From a virus (lineage: Duplodnaviria; Heunggongvirae; Uroviricota; Caudoviricetes), in IMG/VR virus record IMGVR_UViG_2711768059_000012, positions 1 through 25,956 of that record: a DNA stretch of 25,956 bases; one strand, 5' to 3'. Below the pieces are notes generated by a model that searched no databases, was not told where the DNA came from, and saw only the letters and a program-made list of their open reading frames with translations. Each line of letters opens with the position of its first letter. Position 1 is the first letter of the stretch. This document shows positions 1-9,890 of the stretch, piece after piece. The translations under genes and the position numbers were made by a program.

Positions 1-1032
1 TCAAACAGTTGCTGTTGATGTTGGTAGTGTAGCCAGCGGATTAAACCGTAATGCAGTTTCCAGGTGATCCGGTGCCAGATGTGCGTAACGCATGGTCATT
101 TTTATGTCGTGATGTCCGAGGATTTTTTGCAAAGCAAGGATATTTCCACCCGACATCATGAAATGCGCCGCAAACGTATGGCGCAGAACGTGTGTCAGTT
201 GACCGCGAGGGAGTACGATGGACGTTTTTTCCATCACGGATAAAAATTGAAAATAGCAGTCTGTGAAGAAATTGAACCCATCAAGCGCCATGATCTCTTC
301 GTAAAGGTCTTTACTGATAGGGATGCTTCTGTTTTTCTTCCCCTTCGTTCTTACAAAGGTAATTCGGTATTTGGTCACCTGTGAGCGGGTAAGATTTACG
401 GCTTCACGCCAACGTGCGCCTGTGCTTAAGCATATCTTAACTACCAGTGCCAGAATTGGGTCCTGACGTTTGCAATCAGCCAGCAATTCAACAATCTGCT
501 CATGGGTAAGCCATGCCATCTCTTTTTCTGCGATGGTGAATTTTCGCATGTTCTCCAGTGGGTTCGGATACGACCATTCGCCCAGGCGGGATAGTTCGCT
601 AAAAACACTACTTAGATAGCTTTGCTCCAGGTTAATGGTGACCGGGCTTGCTCCTTTCTTCCATTTCTCGCTGAAGTAGATCTCACCTGTCAGGCGTTTA
701 TCTCGATAGTGGGCAAACATTTTAGATGTGAGATCAGTTGCAAGGGGATTGCCCAGAGCGTCAACCATCAACAGCAGTTTGTCATAGACATGCTGGCCAG
801 CTGTCAGAGATTTACCATGTAGTTTGAACCATAGTTCAACCACGTCTTTCAGTGTTCGACGATCCACTGATTCGCCCAGCCAGGGCTTTGCTTCGGTTTC
901 TTCCATCGTGTGACGCTCAAAAGCCAGAGCTTCGCCTTTGGTGGCGAATTGTTTACGCACACGACGTCCGCTACGTCCGGCGGGGTAACATTCGCAAAGC
1001 CATTTTCCTGTGGTGAGTTTTCGTACTGCCAT
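1..1032 (-). CDS. int: Tyrosine integrase (P2/186-type site-specific recombinase)
   Basis: 343-aa ORF with tyrosine-recombinase catalytic signature in order (R in STGARWREA, HVLRHTFA box, RYAHL with catalytic Tyr). Stop codon is at the window edge (pos 1-3). Position next to the repressor is typical of P2-like prophages. Confidence 0.9.
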   Translation of the reverse strand: MAVRKLTTGKWLCECYPAGRSGRRVRKQFATKGEALAFERHTMEETEAKPWLGESVDRRTLKDVVELWFKLHGKSLTAGQHVYDKLLLMVDALGNPLATDLTSKMFAHYRDKRLTGEIYFSEKWKKGASPVTINLEQSYLSSVFSELSRLGEWSYPNPLENMRKFTIAEKEMAWLTHEQIVELLADCKRQDPILALVVKICLSTGARWREAVNLTRSQVTKYRITFVRTKGKKNRSIPISKDLYEEIMALDGFNFFTDCYFQFLSVMEKTSIVLPRGQLTHVLRHTFAAHFMMSGGNILALQKILGHHDIKMTMRYAHLAPDHLETALRFNPLATLPTSTATV

Positions 1033-1036
1033 AAAA

Positions 1037-1056
1037 AGCCCTCATGTCAGAGGGCT
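1037..1056 (-). terminator. GC-rich hairpin plus U-tract directly upstream of the int start codon; putative terminator of the old-like gene and/or RBS-sequestering structure for int
   Basis: Minus strand reads AGCCCTC-TGACAT-GAGGGCT-TTTT-ATG(int). The 7-bp stem is followed by a T-run, and the only SD-like GAGGG for int lies in the 3' arm. Confidence 0.45.
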
Positions 1057-1104
1057 AAATTTAACTGTATGTTTGACCAGTGGTCAATGTATGTAAATAT
1101 TAAA

Positions 1105-2874
1105 TCATACGTCAGGGGTAATCCAGTCGACTAAAGCCTCAATACTTTCGAAATCTGCACAGATATCTGAAAGAGGTTGTGTATCTGCTTTTGTTTTGAA
1201 ATCAGCCCATACTGATTCATTTTTTTCTGTAAGACCCAAATGGTTTTCTATCGAACCATTTAGCCAAATCCAAATATTTGCATTTCTCAGTTTTGCGGCT
1301 AATGATGACAAAAATTCTCTGGCGCCGGGCTTTTGAGACATAATAGCAAATGCTTCAGCTGCGGTAGTGTTACTACCCCTTGTAGGCAAACCGGATCCAT
1401 CGAGAGTGCATTCTCCATTAGCATGCATACTTCTCAAGATTTCTTTTAGTCGTAAAATATCCTCGTCATTATGTTCTAAGAAGTTGTTCCTTATTGCACC
1501 GCGGAACGCAAAATCTAAATCAACAATTGCTTTTGTAGGTATATCCATTGAATTTAGAATTTGCATCGTTTTAGATATACTTTCAACGGACCCTGTTTCA
1601 ATTAGTGCTATTTGCATCTGACCTAATGTTTTATTTTTAACTTTGTTAAAAATAAATGGGAGCAGAGTAGTCTCTGTTTTACCTTCTGTTAGTATTACAT
1701 TGTTAGCAAACAAAACTTTTGAAGACTGTGTTAATGAAAATAAATGGGTTGCTTGTGCTGGTCGTTGTTCGATTACTTTATTGACTGCTTCTTTTAATGT
1801 TAATCTGCAATGAGTGCCACGCTGACTGTTTTTTCTGATTAACACAGTGTCTTTTGCTAAGTCAGAGGTAATCATTTGAGATGAATGGGTAGAGAAAATT
1901 ATTTGATATCCATGATGAGATAGTGTTTTTAGAGATTCTCTAATTTGTTCGATAGCAAATGGGTGAAGATATAACTCAGGTTCATCTATTAACAGTAGAG
2001 TAGTTGTTTTAATATCATCACCGTTGGTTATATCAGCTAAATGTCTTATTAGAGCCATCTGAATCGAACGCTGTGTGCCATGACCATAAGAAGAACAGTC
2101 ACGAGCAATGCCGGGAAATGAATCTTCATATACTTTTACAGTCCCTGATTTAAATATATCCTTGAAGTCAGGGAGTTCGAAGTGTAGTTTTAAACTTATC
2201 CCAGGGAAGAAATCAGCAACTTTACTACTTATTGAATCATCAATATCATTGAGGTCCGATATTCGTTTATTACCGGTTGCAGTCATTCTTCTATTAACGG
2301 CATTTAAATGGCTTAGTATCATTTGAGTGTGCTTCTCTTCTATTTTGCAACTCAATTCTGCCAGCAACTTACCTATTGTAGTTCCTGTTTTTGATTTTGA
2401 AGAATCATCCGCTGCATTTTCCATTGCACCTATACGTATTGGGTCTGGAAATAAAGCTTTTATCGCATTCTCAATACCCGTTGGTGATGTTCTGAATTCG
2501 TTATTTTCTGGGTTTTTAATTAATAATCTGACGTCTTTTGCACTTTGAGCACCAACAGGCTGTTGACGCTTAAATATCAATGCCTCATCAATAATGTAGG
2601 GTGAAATTCTAGTTCTGTTTTCTTCTGTTAAAGCTGACAAAATATCTTCAGTAATACCCTTAACTGTGCCTATAACTTCTATAGGGTTATCTGGATTAGT
2701 ATAATCATCAGAGGACAAAAGTTTTTTCTTAAAAAGCCATTCAATAGCATTTAAAATCGTTGACTTACCAGCATTGTTGTAACCGATTAAAGGCGTGAAT
2801 GAAGAAAAATTGATATCAATATCTTTGCAAGATCTAAAGTTTTTTATAGAAATCTTTGAAAGATGATGATTCAT
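1105..2874 (-). CDS. OLD-family ATP-dependent endonuclease (N-terminal ABC/AAA ATPase + C-terminal Toprim), P2 Old-like
   Basis: 589-aa ORF. N-terminus IKNFRSCKD...GYNNAGKST (Walker A), LLLIDEPELYLHP (Walker B/D-loop region), C-terminal VILTEGKTE and AIVDLDF resembling Toprim Glu and DxD. Strong RBS (GGAGGAG, 6 nt before ATG). Visibly AT-rich compared with flanking phage genes. Confidence 0.7.
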   Translation of the reverse strand: MNHHLSKISIKNFRSCKDIDINFSSFTPLIGYNNAGKSTILNAIEWLFKKKLLSSDDYTNPDNPIEVIGTVKGITEDILSALTEENRTRISPYIIDEALIFKRQQPVGAQSAKDVRLLIKNPENNEFRTSPTGIENAIKALFPDPIRIGAMENAADDSSKSKTGTTIGKLLAELSCKIEEKHTQMILSHLNAVNRRMTATGNKRISDLNDIDDSISSKVADFFPGISLKLHFELPDFKDIFKSGTVKVYEDSFPGIARDCSSYGHGTQRSIQMALIRHLADITNGDDIKTTTLLLIDEPELYLHPFAIEQIRESLKTLSHHGYQIIFSTHSSQMITSDLAKDTVLIRKNSQRGTHCRLTLKEAVNKVIEQRPAQATHLFSLTQSSKVLFANNVILTEGKTETTLLPFIFNKVKNKTLGQMQIALIETGSVESISKTMQILNSMDIPTKAIVDLDFAFRGAIRNNFLEHNDEDILRLKEILRSMHANGECTLDGSGLPTRGSNTTAAEAFAIMSQKPGAREFLSSLAAKLRNANIWIWLNGSIENHLGLTEKNESVWADFKTKADTQPLSDICADFESIEALVDWITPDV

Positions 2875-2917
2875 TTTAGACTCCTCCAGTAAGTATTTAA
2901 AAGTAATGTCTGCAATG

Positions 2918-3856
2918 TTATTGTATTGTTAAGATAATGCTGGCTATAATTTGAATATCTTCAATGGAACACTCAAAATCCTTACTCCCACCAGAAACAA
3001 GAATTTTGTTCTTAGGTAAACGAGTTAACTCTTTTAAAGATAACTCATTGTCAATTCCTACTAACCATTTTCCATCTCTAATTAGGTGAAATTCTTTATC
3101 ACATATGACATGTTTTTCTCCATTGCTTACAAACATCAAGCTGCTAGTTTCTTGCTTCGGAAGTAGACACCGATCCATGGATAAAAAACCTGACTCGACA
3201 AGCACGCCATTGACCAAATTGAACTTATTTAAAATTACAGTGTTTTCTTCTTGTGAACTATTTGGTGTTTCGATTCCTGTAACTAGCCAGGCGAGATCCG
3301 CTTTGGTTTCTAATGCGCATTTAATCACCCAATCCGCAGGGAAAGAATCTCGCATGTATCGTGTGGCTAATGTGCTTTTTGAAATACCAAGGTGGTCGGC
3401 TAAGGCTTGGCGGGTTTTAAACCCGTAAGCATTAACAATCCTCTCTATCGCGGCTTTTCCTCCGTTAGTAAGCTCAATATGATTCTCAATGCGGCGCTTA
3501 AAGGATGATTGATGAGCGTTGCTGTTAAACCCCTCATGTGGGACTGTTTCATCATGTTGTTCCACATAAGGGGGGAAACTTTCTTCTGCATTGTTAGAAC
3601 CAAAGGCCAGCCATTCTAGGGATGCGCCAGTTTCCATTGAACATATAACAACCCAATCAGCAGGGAAGGTATCGCGTGCATATCTATTAGCCATTGTGCT
3701 TTGTGAAATACCAAGATGCTTACAGAAGGCTTGGCGTGATTTGAAACCATAGGCCTTGAGTATCCTCTCAATGACTTTTTGCCCTCCACGATTCTGCATG
3801 ACCATAGCTTTCAGACTATCTTCAATATGGCGAAATGTGATTTTTTGAGTTGACAT
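2918..3856 (-). CDS. cI: CI-type immunity repressor (186 CI family) with tandemly duplicated N-terminal HTH domain
   Basis: 312-aa ORF divergent from the apl/cII operon. Two ~58-aa copies of IERI(L/V)(K/N)AYGFK(S/T)RQA...HLGIS(Q/K)ST(M/L)A(N/T)RY(A/M)RD(T/S)FPADWV..., at residues ~29-86 and ~137-194, then a C-terminal domain. The duplication is also visible at the DNA level. Confidence 0.8.
   Translation of the reverse strand: MSTQKITFRHIEDSLKAMVMQNRGGQKVIERILKAYGFKSRQAFCKHLGISQSTMANRYARDTFPADWVVICSMETGASLEWLAFGSNNAEESFPPYVEQHDETVPHEGFNSNAHQSSFKRRIENHIELTNGGKAAIERIVNAYGFKTRQALADHLGISKSTLATRYMRDSFPADWVIKCALETKADLAWLVTGIETPNSSQEENTVILNKFNLVNGVLVESGFLSMDRCLLPKQETSSLMFVSNGEKHVICDKEFHLIRDGKWLVGIDNELSLKELTRLPKNKILVSGGSKDFECSIEDIQIIASIILTIQ
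3275..3772 (-). repeat. Intragenic tandem duplication (two ~174-bp copies, 3599-3772 and 3275-3448) encoding the two HTH modules of the repressor
   Basis: Protein-level repeat seen directly. Shared DNA strings such as gaaataccaag and aaggcttggcg occur in both copies. Confidence 0.7.
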
Positions 3857-3943
3857 ATTCTTTATGTGAACCTATTCTCCGTTTTGTGATGTTTTGTCAC
3901 GATTAATACCGGCTCACCACAAGCCAATAGGAGATGTTGCATC
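3857..3943. promoter_or_regulatory. Divergent lysis-lysogeny switch region between cI (leftward) and apl/cII (rightward); candidate operator/promoter DNA
   Basis: 87-bp AT-rich intergenic region between divergent starts. Contains near-palindromic ttgtgatg...ttgtcacg motifs and an AGGAG RBS for the rightward gene. Exact promoters not resolved. Confidence 0.5.
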
Positions 3944-4165
3944 ATGACCCCTAACATTTCAATAACTCTGAATACGCCACACGTCACAATTGAGCGTTAT
4001 AGCGAACTTACTGGTCTTTCTATCGACACCATCAACGATATGCTGGCTGATGGTCGTATCCCTCGCCATCGCCTTCGGAAAGACAAGAAAAAAGAAAAGG
4101 TAATGATCAACCTTGCTGCTCTTACCGTTGATGCACTTACTGATTGCAATGTTGTATTCATCTAG
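3944..4165 (+). CDS. Small DNA-binding regulator/excisionase, Apl/Cox-like (putative)
   Basis: 73-aa basic ORF ([12 protein letters not shown]), first gene of the rightward operon opposite cI, AGGAG RBS 10 nt upstream. Position matches apl of 186 and cox of P2. The function is assigned from position, not from a recognised motif. Confidence 0.5.
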   Translation: MTPNISITLNTPHVTIERYSELTGLSIDTINDMLADGRIPRHRLRKDKKKEKVMINLAALTVDALTDCNVVFI

Positions 4166-4197
4166 TTCCATTTTGGGATGCATCAGGAGTGTCGACT

Positions 4198-4707
4198 ATG
4201 TTTGATTACCAAGTTTCCAAACATCCACATTTTGATGAAGCCTGTCGTGCATTTGCATTGCGCCACAACCTGGTGCAACTGGCAGAACGTGCAGGCATGA
4301 ATGTGCAGATTCTGCGGAACAAGCTGAACCCAGCTCAACCTCATTTATTAACCGCACCAGAAATCTGGTTGCTTACCGATCTGACTGAAGATTCAACGCT
4401 AGTAGATGGTTTTCTGGCTCAGATTCACTGCCTGCCATGCGTACCGATTAATGAGGTGGCAAAAGAGAAACTGCCGCATTACGTCATGAGTGCAACTGCA
4501 GAGATAGGGCGTGTCGCGGCAGGTGCGGTTTCTGGCGATGTAAAAACCAGTGCAGGCCGTCGTGATGCGATCAGCAGCATTAACTCTGTTACACGACTGA
4601 TGGCGCTGGCTGCTGTTTCATTGCAGGCCCGTTTACAGGCTAATCCTGCGATGGCGAGTGCAGTTGATACCGTGACTGGCCTCGGTGCTTCATTCGGTTT
4701 GCTGTGA
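4198..4707 (+). CDS. cII: Phage regulatory protein CII (186 CII family)
   Basis: 169-aa product starting [24 protein letters not shown]..., very close to my recollection of 186 CII (MFDFQVSKHPHYDEACRAF...). GGAG RBS. The ATG at 4198 is preferred over the upstream track start at 4144. Confidence 0.8.
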   Translation: MFDYQVSKHPHFDEACRAFALRHNLVQLAERAGMNVQILRNKLNPAQPHLLTAPEIWLLTDLTEDSTLVDGFLAQIHCLPCVPINEVAKEKLPHYVMSATAEIGRVAAGAVSGDVKTSAGRRDAISSINSVTRLMALAAVSLQARLQANPAMASAVDTVTGLGASFGLL

Positions 4708-4714
4708 GGTGCTT

Positions 4715-4915
4715 ATGCTGACGAAAGAACCATCATTTGCATCGCTGCTGGTAAAACAAAGTCCGGCAATGCACTACGGTCACGGCTGGATCATGGGTGA
4801 GGATGGTAAACGCTGGCATCCGTGCCGTTCACAAGATGAATTGCTGGCAGAACTATCTACGAAAAAACGGGGGAACAAATGGCTATTGAAGGCGCTGCGG
4901 CGACTGTTCCATTAA
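4715..4915 (+). CDS. Hypothetical early protein
   Basis: 66-aa ORF with GAGGT RBS 5 nt upstream of ATG 4715, co-directional in the early operon. No recognised motif. Confidence 0.45.
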   Translation: MLTKEPSFASLLVKQSPAMHYGHGWIMGEDGKRWHPCRSQDELLAELSTKKRGNKWLLKALRRLFH

Positions 4916-5220
4916 GACCCGGTGAACGCCTGAATGGACTTAATCATATTGCGGAGTTAAGGGCGAAAGTTTTTGGTTTGAATATTGAGTCAGAGCTTGA
5001 GCGGTTTATTAAAGATATGCGTGATCCTCGGGATATCAATAATGAACAAAATAAACGGGCACTGGCTGCCATATTCTTTATGGCAAAAATTCCAGCTGAA
5101 CGTCATAGCATCAGCATTAATGAGCTGACCACTGACGAAAAGCGGGAGTTGATTAAAGCAATGAATCATTTTCGTGCAGTGGTGAGCTTATTTCCCAGAC
5201 GGCTAACCATGCCGAATTAA
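4879..5220 (+). CDS. Hypothetical early protein
   Basis: 113-aa ORF in the early operon. Start uncertain: ATG 4879 overlaps the previous ORF by 37 nt. Confidence 0.5.
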   Translation: MAIEGAAATVPLRPGERLNGLNHIAELRAKVFGLNIESELERFIKDMRDPRDINNEQNKRALAAIFFMAKIPAERHSISINELTTDEKRELIKAMNHFRAVVSLFPRRLTMPN

Positions 5221-5287
5221 CCAACTAATGAAATTAATGGCGTAAACCCGCCGGGCATCCCTTTATCTAAATTCAGGAGAATTGCTT

Positions 5288-5521
5288 ATGCGTAATATTG
5301 AAACCCTCACGACCAAAACCGGACCGGATGATGCAGGTCTTAATCTTTTACTGACAGAGGCTCGTCTGGAAGAACGCCGGGCAAGGGCTGAAGCAATGGC
5401 TGCTCGCCTCGATAGCCTGGCGTGTCATATCACCTCCCGCCAGCTAAACCACGTCGAAGCGGCAGAACTGCTGCGTGTGACTGCTGAAGCAATCCAGAAC
5501 GAAGCGCAGGAGATCCACTGA
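5288..5521 (+). CDS. Hypothetical early protein (coiled-coil)
   Basis: 77-aa ORF, AGGAG RBS 8 nt upstream of ATG 5288. Its stop overlaps the next start (TGATG). Confidence 0.55.
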   Translation: MRNIETLTTKTGPDDAGLNLLLTEARLEERRARAEAMAARLDSLACHITSRQLNHVEAAELLRVTAEAIQNEAQEIH

Positions 5522-5748
5522 TGGCTGATGCAATGGATCTCGTACAGCAGCGCGTTGAAGAAGAACGCCAACGCCATATCCGTGCTGCCCGTGCCAAAAC
5601 GCCGGGCGTGTCCCGCGTGCTTTGCGTTGAGTGTGAAGCGCCAATTCCGCCAGCACGCCGCCGTGCCATTCCGGGTGTGCAGCTTTGCATTACCTGTCAG
5701 GAAATCGCAGAGCTGAAAGGCAAACATTACAACGGAGGTGCTGTATGA
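5521..5748 (+). CDS. TraR/DksA-family C4 zinc-finger protein
   Basis: 75-aa ORF with CVEC...(17 aa)...CITC four-cysteine motif typical of phage TraR-like proteins. Translationally coupled on both sides. Confidence 0.7.
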   Translation: MADAMDLVQQRVEEERQRHIRAARAKTPGVSRVLCVECEAPIPPARRRAIPGVQLCITCQEIAELKGKHYNGGAV

Positions 5749-6599
5749 GCACCATCCTGAAATGGGCAGGAAATAAAACCGCCATAATGTCCGAACTGAA
5801 AAAGTATCTTCCTGCTGGCCCGCGACTGGTTGAACCTTTCGCGGGTTCCTGTGCAGTGATGATGGAGACGGATTATCCCAGCTATCTTGTTGCGGATATT
5901 AATCCTGATTTAATCAACCTCTATAAAAAGGTTGCTGCTGATTGTGAGGCGTTTATATCTCGTGCCAGAGCTTTATTTGAGGAAGCAAACAGGGAGGTGG
6001 CTTATTACAACATAAGGCAGGAGTTTAATTACTCCACTGAAATTACTGATTTCATGAAAGCGGTATATTTCCTGTATCTCAATCGTCACGGTTACCGTGG
6101 TTTATGTCGCTATAACAAGAGCGGGCATTTCAACATTCCCTACGGTAATTATAAAAATCCGTATTTCCCTGAAAAAGAAATTCGCGCATTTGCAGAGAAA
6201 GCCCAGCGGGCAACGTTTATCTGCGCCAGCTTTGATGAAACGCTGGCGATGTTGAAGGTGGGGGATGTGGTGTATTGCGATCCGCCTTATGACGGTACGT
6301 TTTCCGGCTATCACACTGATGGTTTCACTGAAGATGATCAGTATCACCTGGCATCCATTCTTGAACATCGGTCATCAGAAGGACATCCGGTCATTGTTTC
6401 TAACAGTAACACGTCTTTGACCCGGTCCCTTTATCGTAATTTCACTCACCACTACATCAGGGCGAAACGCAGCATCGGCGTTGCAGCGGGGGAGGGAAAA
6501 TTTGCAACAGAGATGATTGCCACTAAATCTGCTAATTGGTTTAGTGCCGATTTTAGTAGGGGACGTGACTCTACTGTTATTTTCGGGGTGCAAGTGTGA
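5745..6599 (+). CDS. dam: DNA adenine methyltransferase (Dam-like, GATC-type N6-adenine MTase)
   Basis: Starts [23 protein letters not shown], has FAGSCAVM (SAM-binding) and CDPPYDGTF (DPPY catalytic motif). GGAGG RBS. ATGA overlap with the upstream gene. Confidence 0.85.
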   Translation: MSTILKWAGNKTAIMSELKKYLPAGPRLVEPFAGSCAVMMETDYPSYLVADINPDLINLYKKVAADCEAFISRARALFEEANREVAYYNIRQEFNYSTEITDFMKAVYFLYLNRHGYRGLCRYNKSGHFNIPYGNYKNPYFPEKEIRAFAEKAQRATFICASFDETLAMLKVGDVVYCDPPYDGTFSGYHTDGFTEDDQYHLASILEHRSSEGHPVIVSNSNTSLTRSLYRNFTHHYIRAKRSIGVAAGEGKFATEMIATKSANWFSADFSRGRDSTVIFGVQV

Positions 6600-7426
6600 A
6601 AGAAATGCACCACGGAATTCATCATTTCCATGGGACGCCTGTCTGGGGAAGTGCTGGCGACGTTCATCGTATTGCGGTGAGCGGAGCTGGCGCTTTCGTC
6701 TCCTATGTACGACCAGATCAGATTGCGGCGTCCATTCAGCACGCTCAGGTCGTCGGCATTGATAACGGCGCATTTTCTGCATGGGTGCGTGGGCTAAAAA
6801 TTAACTGGAGTGATTTTTATAAATGGCTCCTGAACTATTACCACCATCCTAAGGTCGCTTTTTTTGTCATTCCTGATGTTGTGGACGGAGGTGAACGTGA
6901 CAATGATGCCCTGATAAACGAAGTTCCGAAAATGTTCTACGGGAAGGCAACTCCCGTCTGGCATCTGCACGAGTCAATCGATCGGCTTATCGAGCTATGT
7001 CGTGAATGGCCTCGTGTCTGCTTTGGATCGTCTGGTGAATATGCGGCTATCAGAACTGCGCACTGGCATCGTCGTATGCAGGACGCTTTTGAAGCAATTT
7101 ATTGCCGACACAATTTCAAAACAGCTGTTCATGGTTTGCGCATGCTTGACGGTCGTGTGTTGGGAAATTACCCACTGGCGACTGCCGACAGTACAAATCT
7201 TGCCTGCAATGTCCCCAAATTTAATAGCAAATATCCTGAGCTGACGCGGGCTATTCAGGAGGCTGAGTATTCGCGCAATCTGACGGAAAAGGAGCTGAAA
7301 GCTGTCATTCTGAAAAACCGTTGCGCAATTTTAAAAGGTGCAATTGAAGCTGTTCGCCCACCTTCAGTTTCTGATTGGCTGTCGAATGGTTTGCAGCCTT
7401 CACAGCTCGAACTGGAGATTGCGTAA
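6596..7426 (+). CDS. Hypothetical protein, possibly a minimal TGT/DpdA-like (7-deazaguanine) transglycosylase (speculative)
   Basis: 276-aa ORF (GTG 6596 overlapping the dam stop, or ATG 6605). Motifs in the same order as in tRNA-guanine transglycosylases as I recall them: GTPVWGSAG (cf. TPAFMPVGT), [11 protein letters not shown] (cf. ILTDSGGFQV), FFVIPD (cf. MAFDE), FGSSGE (cf. GGLAVGE). No Zn-binding Cys cluster. The assignment rests on remembered motifs only. Confidence 0.55.
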   Translation: MKEMHHGIHHFHGTPVWGSAGDVHRIAVSGAGAFVSYVRPDQIAASIQHAQVVGIDNGAFSAWVRGLKINWSDFYKWLLNYYHHPKVAFFVIPDVVDGGERDNDALINEVPKMFYGKATPVWHLHESIDRLIELCREWPRVCFGSSGEYAAIRTAHWHRRMQDAFEAIYCRHNFKTAVHGLRMLDGRVLGNYPLATADSTNLACNVPKFNSKYPELTRAIQEAEYSRNLTEKELKAVILKNRCAILKGAIEAVRPPSVSDWLSNGLQPSQLELEIA

Positions 7427-9798
7427 TGAACTACAGCTATTCCTGGAATGCTGAGAAAAAAGCAATCAATCCTTACGTAGAGACAGAAGAGCAATCTTCA
7501 GTTTCTGCGCTTTCAAACCTGATCGCTCTGTACGCTGCCGATAACGAGCAGGAACAGCTGCGCCGCGAGGCACTGAGTGATCAGGTCTGGGAGCGTTATT
7601 TCTTTAATGAATCCCGTGATCCTGTCCAGCGCGAAATGGAGCAGGATAAGCTCATTAGTCGGGCAAAGCTGGCGCATGAGCAGCAGCGTTTTAATCCAGA
7701 TATGGTCATTCTGGCGGACGTCAATGCCCAGCCTTCCCATATCAGCAAGCCGCTGATGCAACGTATTGAATACTTCAGCAGCCTGGGCAGGCCAAAGGCT
7801 TATTCCCGCTATTTGCGTGAGACGATTAAGCCATGTCTGGAACGGCTGGAGCATGTACGCGACTGTCAGCTATCCACTTCTTTTCGCTTTATGGCAAGCC
7901 ATGAAGGGCTGGACGGCCTGCTGATCCTGCCTGAAATGAGTCAGGATCAGGTGAAACGCCTGTCCACCCTGGTAGCTGCGCATATGAGCATGTGCCTTGA
8001 TGCAGCTTGTGGCGATTTGTATGTCACCGATGACGTTAAGCCAGAAGAAATCCGCAAGACATGGGAAAAGGTGGCAGCGGAAACCCTGCGTCTGGATGTC
8101 ATCCCGCCTGCGTTTGAGCAACTCCGCCGGAAAAGAAACCGCCGTAAACCCGTGCCCTATGAACTCATTCCGGGTTCGCTGGCGCGTATGTTGTGCGCTG
8201 ACTGGTGGTACCGGAAATTATGGAAGATGCGTTGCGAATGGCGGGAAGAGCAGTTGCGTGCTGTCTGCCTGGTCAGCAAAAAAGCATCTCCCTATGTCAG
8301 CTATGAAGCCGTGATGCATAAACGTGAGCAGCGCCGTAAGTCGCTGGAGTTTTTTCGTTCTCATGAACTGGTGAACGAAGACGGCGACACGCTGGATATG
8401 GAAGACGTGGTAAACGCCAGCAGCAGCAACCCTGCGCATCGCCGCAATGAGATGATGGCCTGTGTTAAAGGCCTGGAGCTTATCGCGGAAATGCGCGGTG
8501 ACTGCGCCGTTTTCTACACCATCACCTGTCCGTCACGTTTCCATTCCACGCTAAATAATGGCAGGCCCAACCCAACTTGGACAAATGCGACGGTAAGACA
8601 AAGCAGTGATTATCTGGTCGGCATGTTTGCTGCATTTCGTAAGGCGATGCACAAAGCCGGATTGCGGTGGTATGGCGTGCGGGTGGCTGAGCCGCATCAT
8701 GACGGTACAGTTCACTGGCACCTGTTGTGTTTTATGCGCAAAAAAGACCGCCGCGCCATCACTGCATTACTGCGTAAGTTTGCCATCCGTGAAGACCGCG
8801 AGGAACTGGGCAATAACACTGGGCCGCGCTTTAAGTCTGAGTTGATTAACCCGCGCAAAGGTACGCCAACAAGCTACATCGCGAAATACATCAGTAAGAA
8901 CATTGACGGGCGTGGTCTGGCTGGCGAGATCAGCAAGGAAACGGGGAAATCCCTGCGTGATAATGCTGAATACGTTAATGCCTGGGCGTCTCTGCATCGT
9001 GTTCAGCAATTCCGCTTCTTTGGCATTCCGGGGCGTCAGGCTTACCGTGAACTGCGATTGCTGGCTGGTCAGGCGGCAAGGCAACAGGGGGACAAAAAAG
9101 CAGGTGCGCCGGTACTGGATAACCCGCGCCTTGATGCCATCCTGGCTGCTGCTGATGCTGGTTGTTTTGCCACCTACATCATGAAGCAGGGCGGCGTACT
9201 GGTTCCCCGCAAATATCACCTCATCAGAACCGCTTATGAAATCAACGAAGAGCCGACCGCCTATGGCGATCACGGCATTCGTATTTATGGCATCTGGTCA
9301 CCTATTGCAGAGGGCAAGATCTGCACTCATGCCGTGAAGTGGAAAATGGTTCGTAAGGCCGTTGATGTTCAGGAGGCGGCAGCCGACCAGGGCGCTTGCG
9401 CCCCTTGGACTCGTGGCAATAACTGTCCCCTTGCTGAAAATTTGAAACAACAAGGGAAAGACAAATCAGCTGATGGGGATACCAGAACGGATATCACCCG
9501 CATGGATGACAAGGAGTTGCACGATTACCTGCACAGTATGAGCAAAAAAGAGCGCCGGGAACTGGCTGCAAGGTTACGCCTGGTGAAACCGAAACGGCGT
9601 AAAGACTACAAACAGCGAATTACAGACCATCAGCGACAGCAGCTCGTCTATGAACTGAAGTCCAGAGGATTTGATGGCAGCGAGAAAGAGGTCGATTTAC
9701 TCCTTCGCGGCGGCAGTATTCCGTCAGGAGCAGGCCTGCGTATCTTCTATCGGAACCAGCGTTTGCAGGAAGATGATAAGTGGCGAAACCTGTATTAA
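7426..9798 (+). CDS. A: Rolling-circle replication initiator endonuclease (P2 gpA family)
   Basis: 790-aa product from ATG 7426 (overlaps the upstream stop as TAATG). HUH motif TVHWHLLCF and paired active-site tyrosines in [11 protein letters not shown]. Size matches P2 A. Confidence 0.9.
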   Translation: MNYSYSWNAEKKAINPYVETEEQSSVSALSNLIALYAADNEQEQLRREALSDQVWERYFFNESRDPVQREMEQDKLISRAKLAHEQQRFNPDMVILADVNAQPSHISKPLMQRIEYFSSLGRPKAYSRYLRETIKPCLERLEHVRDCQLSTSFRFMASHEGLDGLLILPEMSQDQVKRLSTLVAAHMSMCLDAACGDLYVTDDVKPEEIRKTWEKVAAETLRLDVIPPAFEQLRRKRNRRKPVPYELIPGSLARMLCADWWYRKLWKMRCEWREEQLRAVCLVSKKASPYVSYEAVMHKREQRRKSLEFFRSHELVNEDGDTLDMEDVVNASSSNPAHRRNEMMACVKGLELIAEMRGDCAVFYTITCPSRFHSTLNNGRPNPTWTNATVRQSSDYLVGMFAAFRKAMHKAGLRWYGVRVAEPHHDGTVHWHLLCFMRKKDRRAITALLRKFAIREDREELGNNTGPRFKSELINPRKGTPTSYIAKYISKNIDGRGLAGEISKETGKSLRDNAEYVNAWASLHRVQQFRFFGIPGRQAYRELRLLAGQAARQQGDKKAGAPVLDNPRLDAILAAADAGCFATYIMKQGGVLVPRKYHLIRTAYEINEEPTAYGDHGIRIYGIWSPIAEGKICTHAVKWKMVRKAVDVQEAAADQGACAPWTRGNNCPLAENLKQQGKDKSADGDTRTDITRMDDKELHDYLHSMSKKERRELAARLRLVKPKRRKDYKQRITDHQRQQLVYELKSRGFDGSEKEVDLLLRGGSIPSGAGLRIFYRNQRLQEDDKWRNLY

Positions 9799-9890
9799 TT
9801 ACGCGGGTTAACAATTCGTGCTCTTAATAATACCAGGCATATCAGGCTGATGAACGTAAAAAAACGTTTTACATCAGTAAGATTATTATA

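Noticed and set aside
1105-2874. Interpretation of the ATPase-Toprim protein as Gabija GajA
   Set aside because: No UvrD-like helicase (GajB) is adjacent. The gene is a single insulated unit between int and cI, and the size matches single-gene OLD nucleases. Residual uncertainty is stated in the finding.
5521-5748. Zinc-finger protein as the Ogr/Delta late-gene activator
   Set aside because: The Cys spacing and surrounding sequence (CVEC...CITC with basic linker) fit TraR/DksA-type fingers, not the Ogr family. In P2-like phages ogr lies beyond int, outside this window.
7375-7425. Upstream TTG start for replication gene A (track start 7375)
   Set aside because: It would overlap the preceding gene by 51 nt. 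The ATG at 7426 overlaps the upstream stop in the usual TAATG coupling arrangement and gives a product closer in size to P2 gpA.
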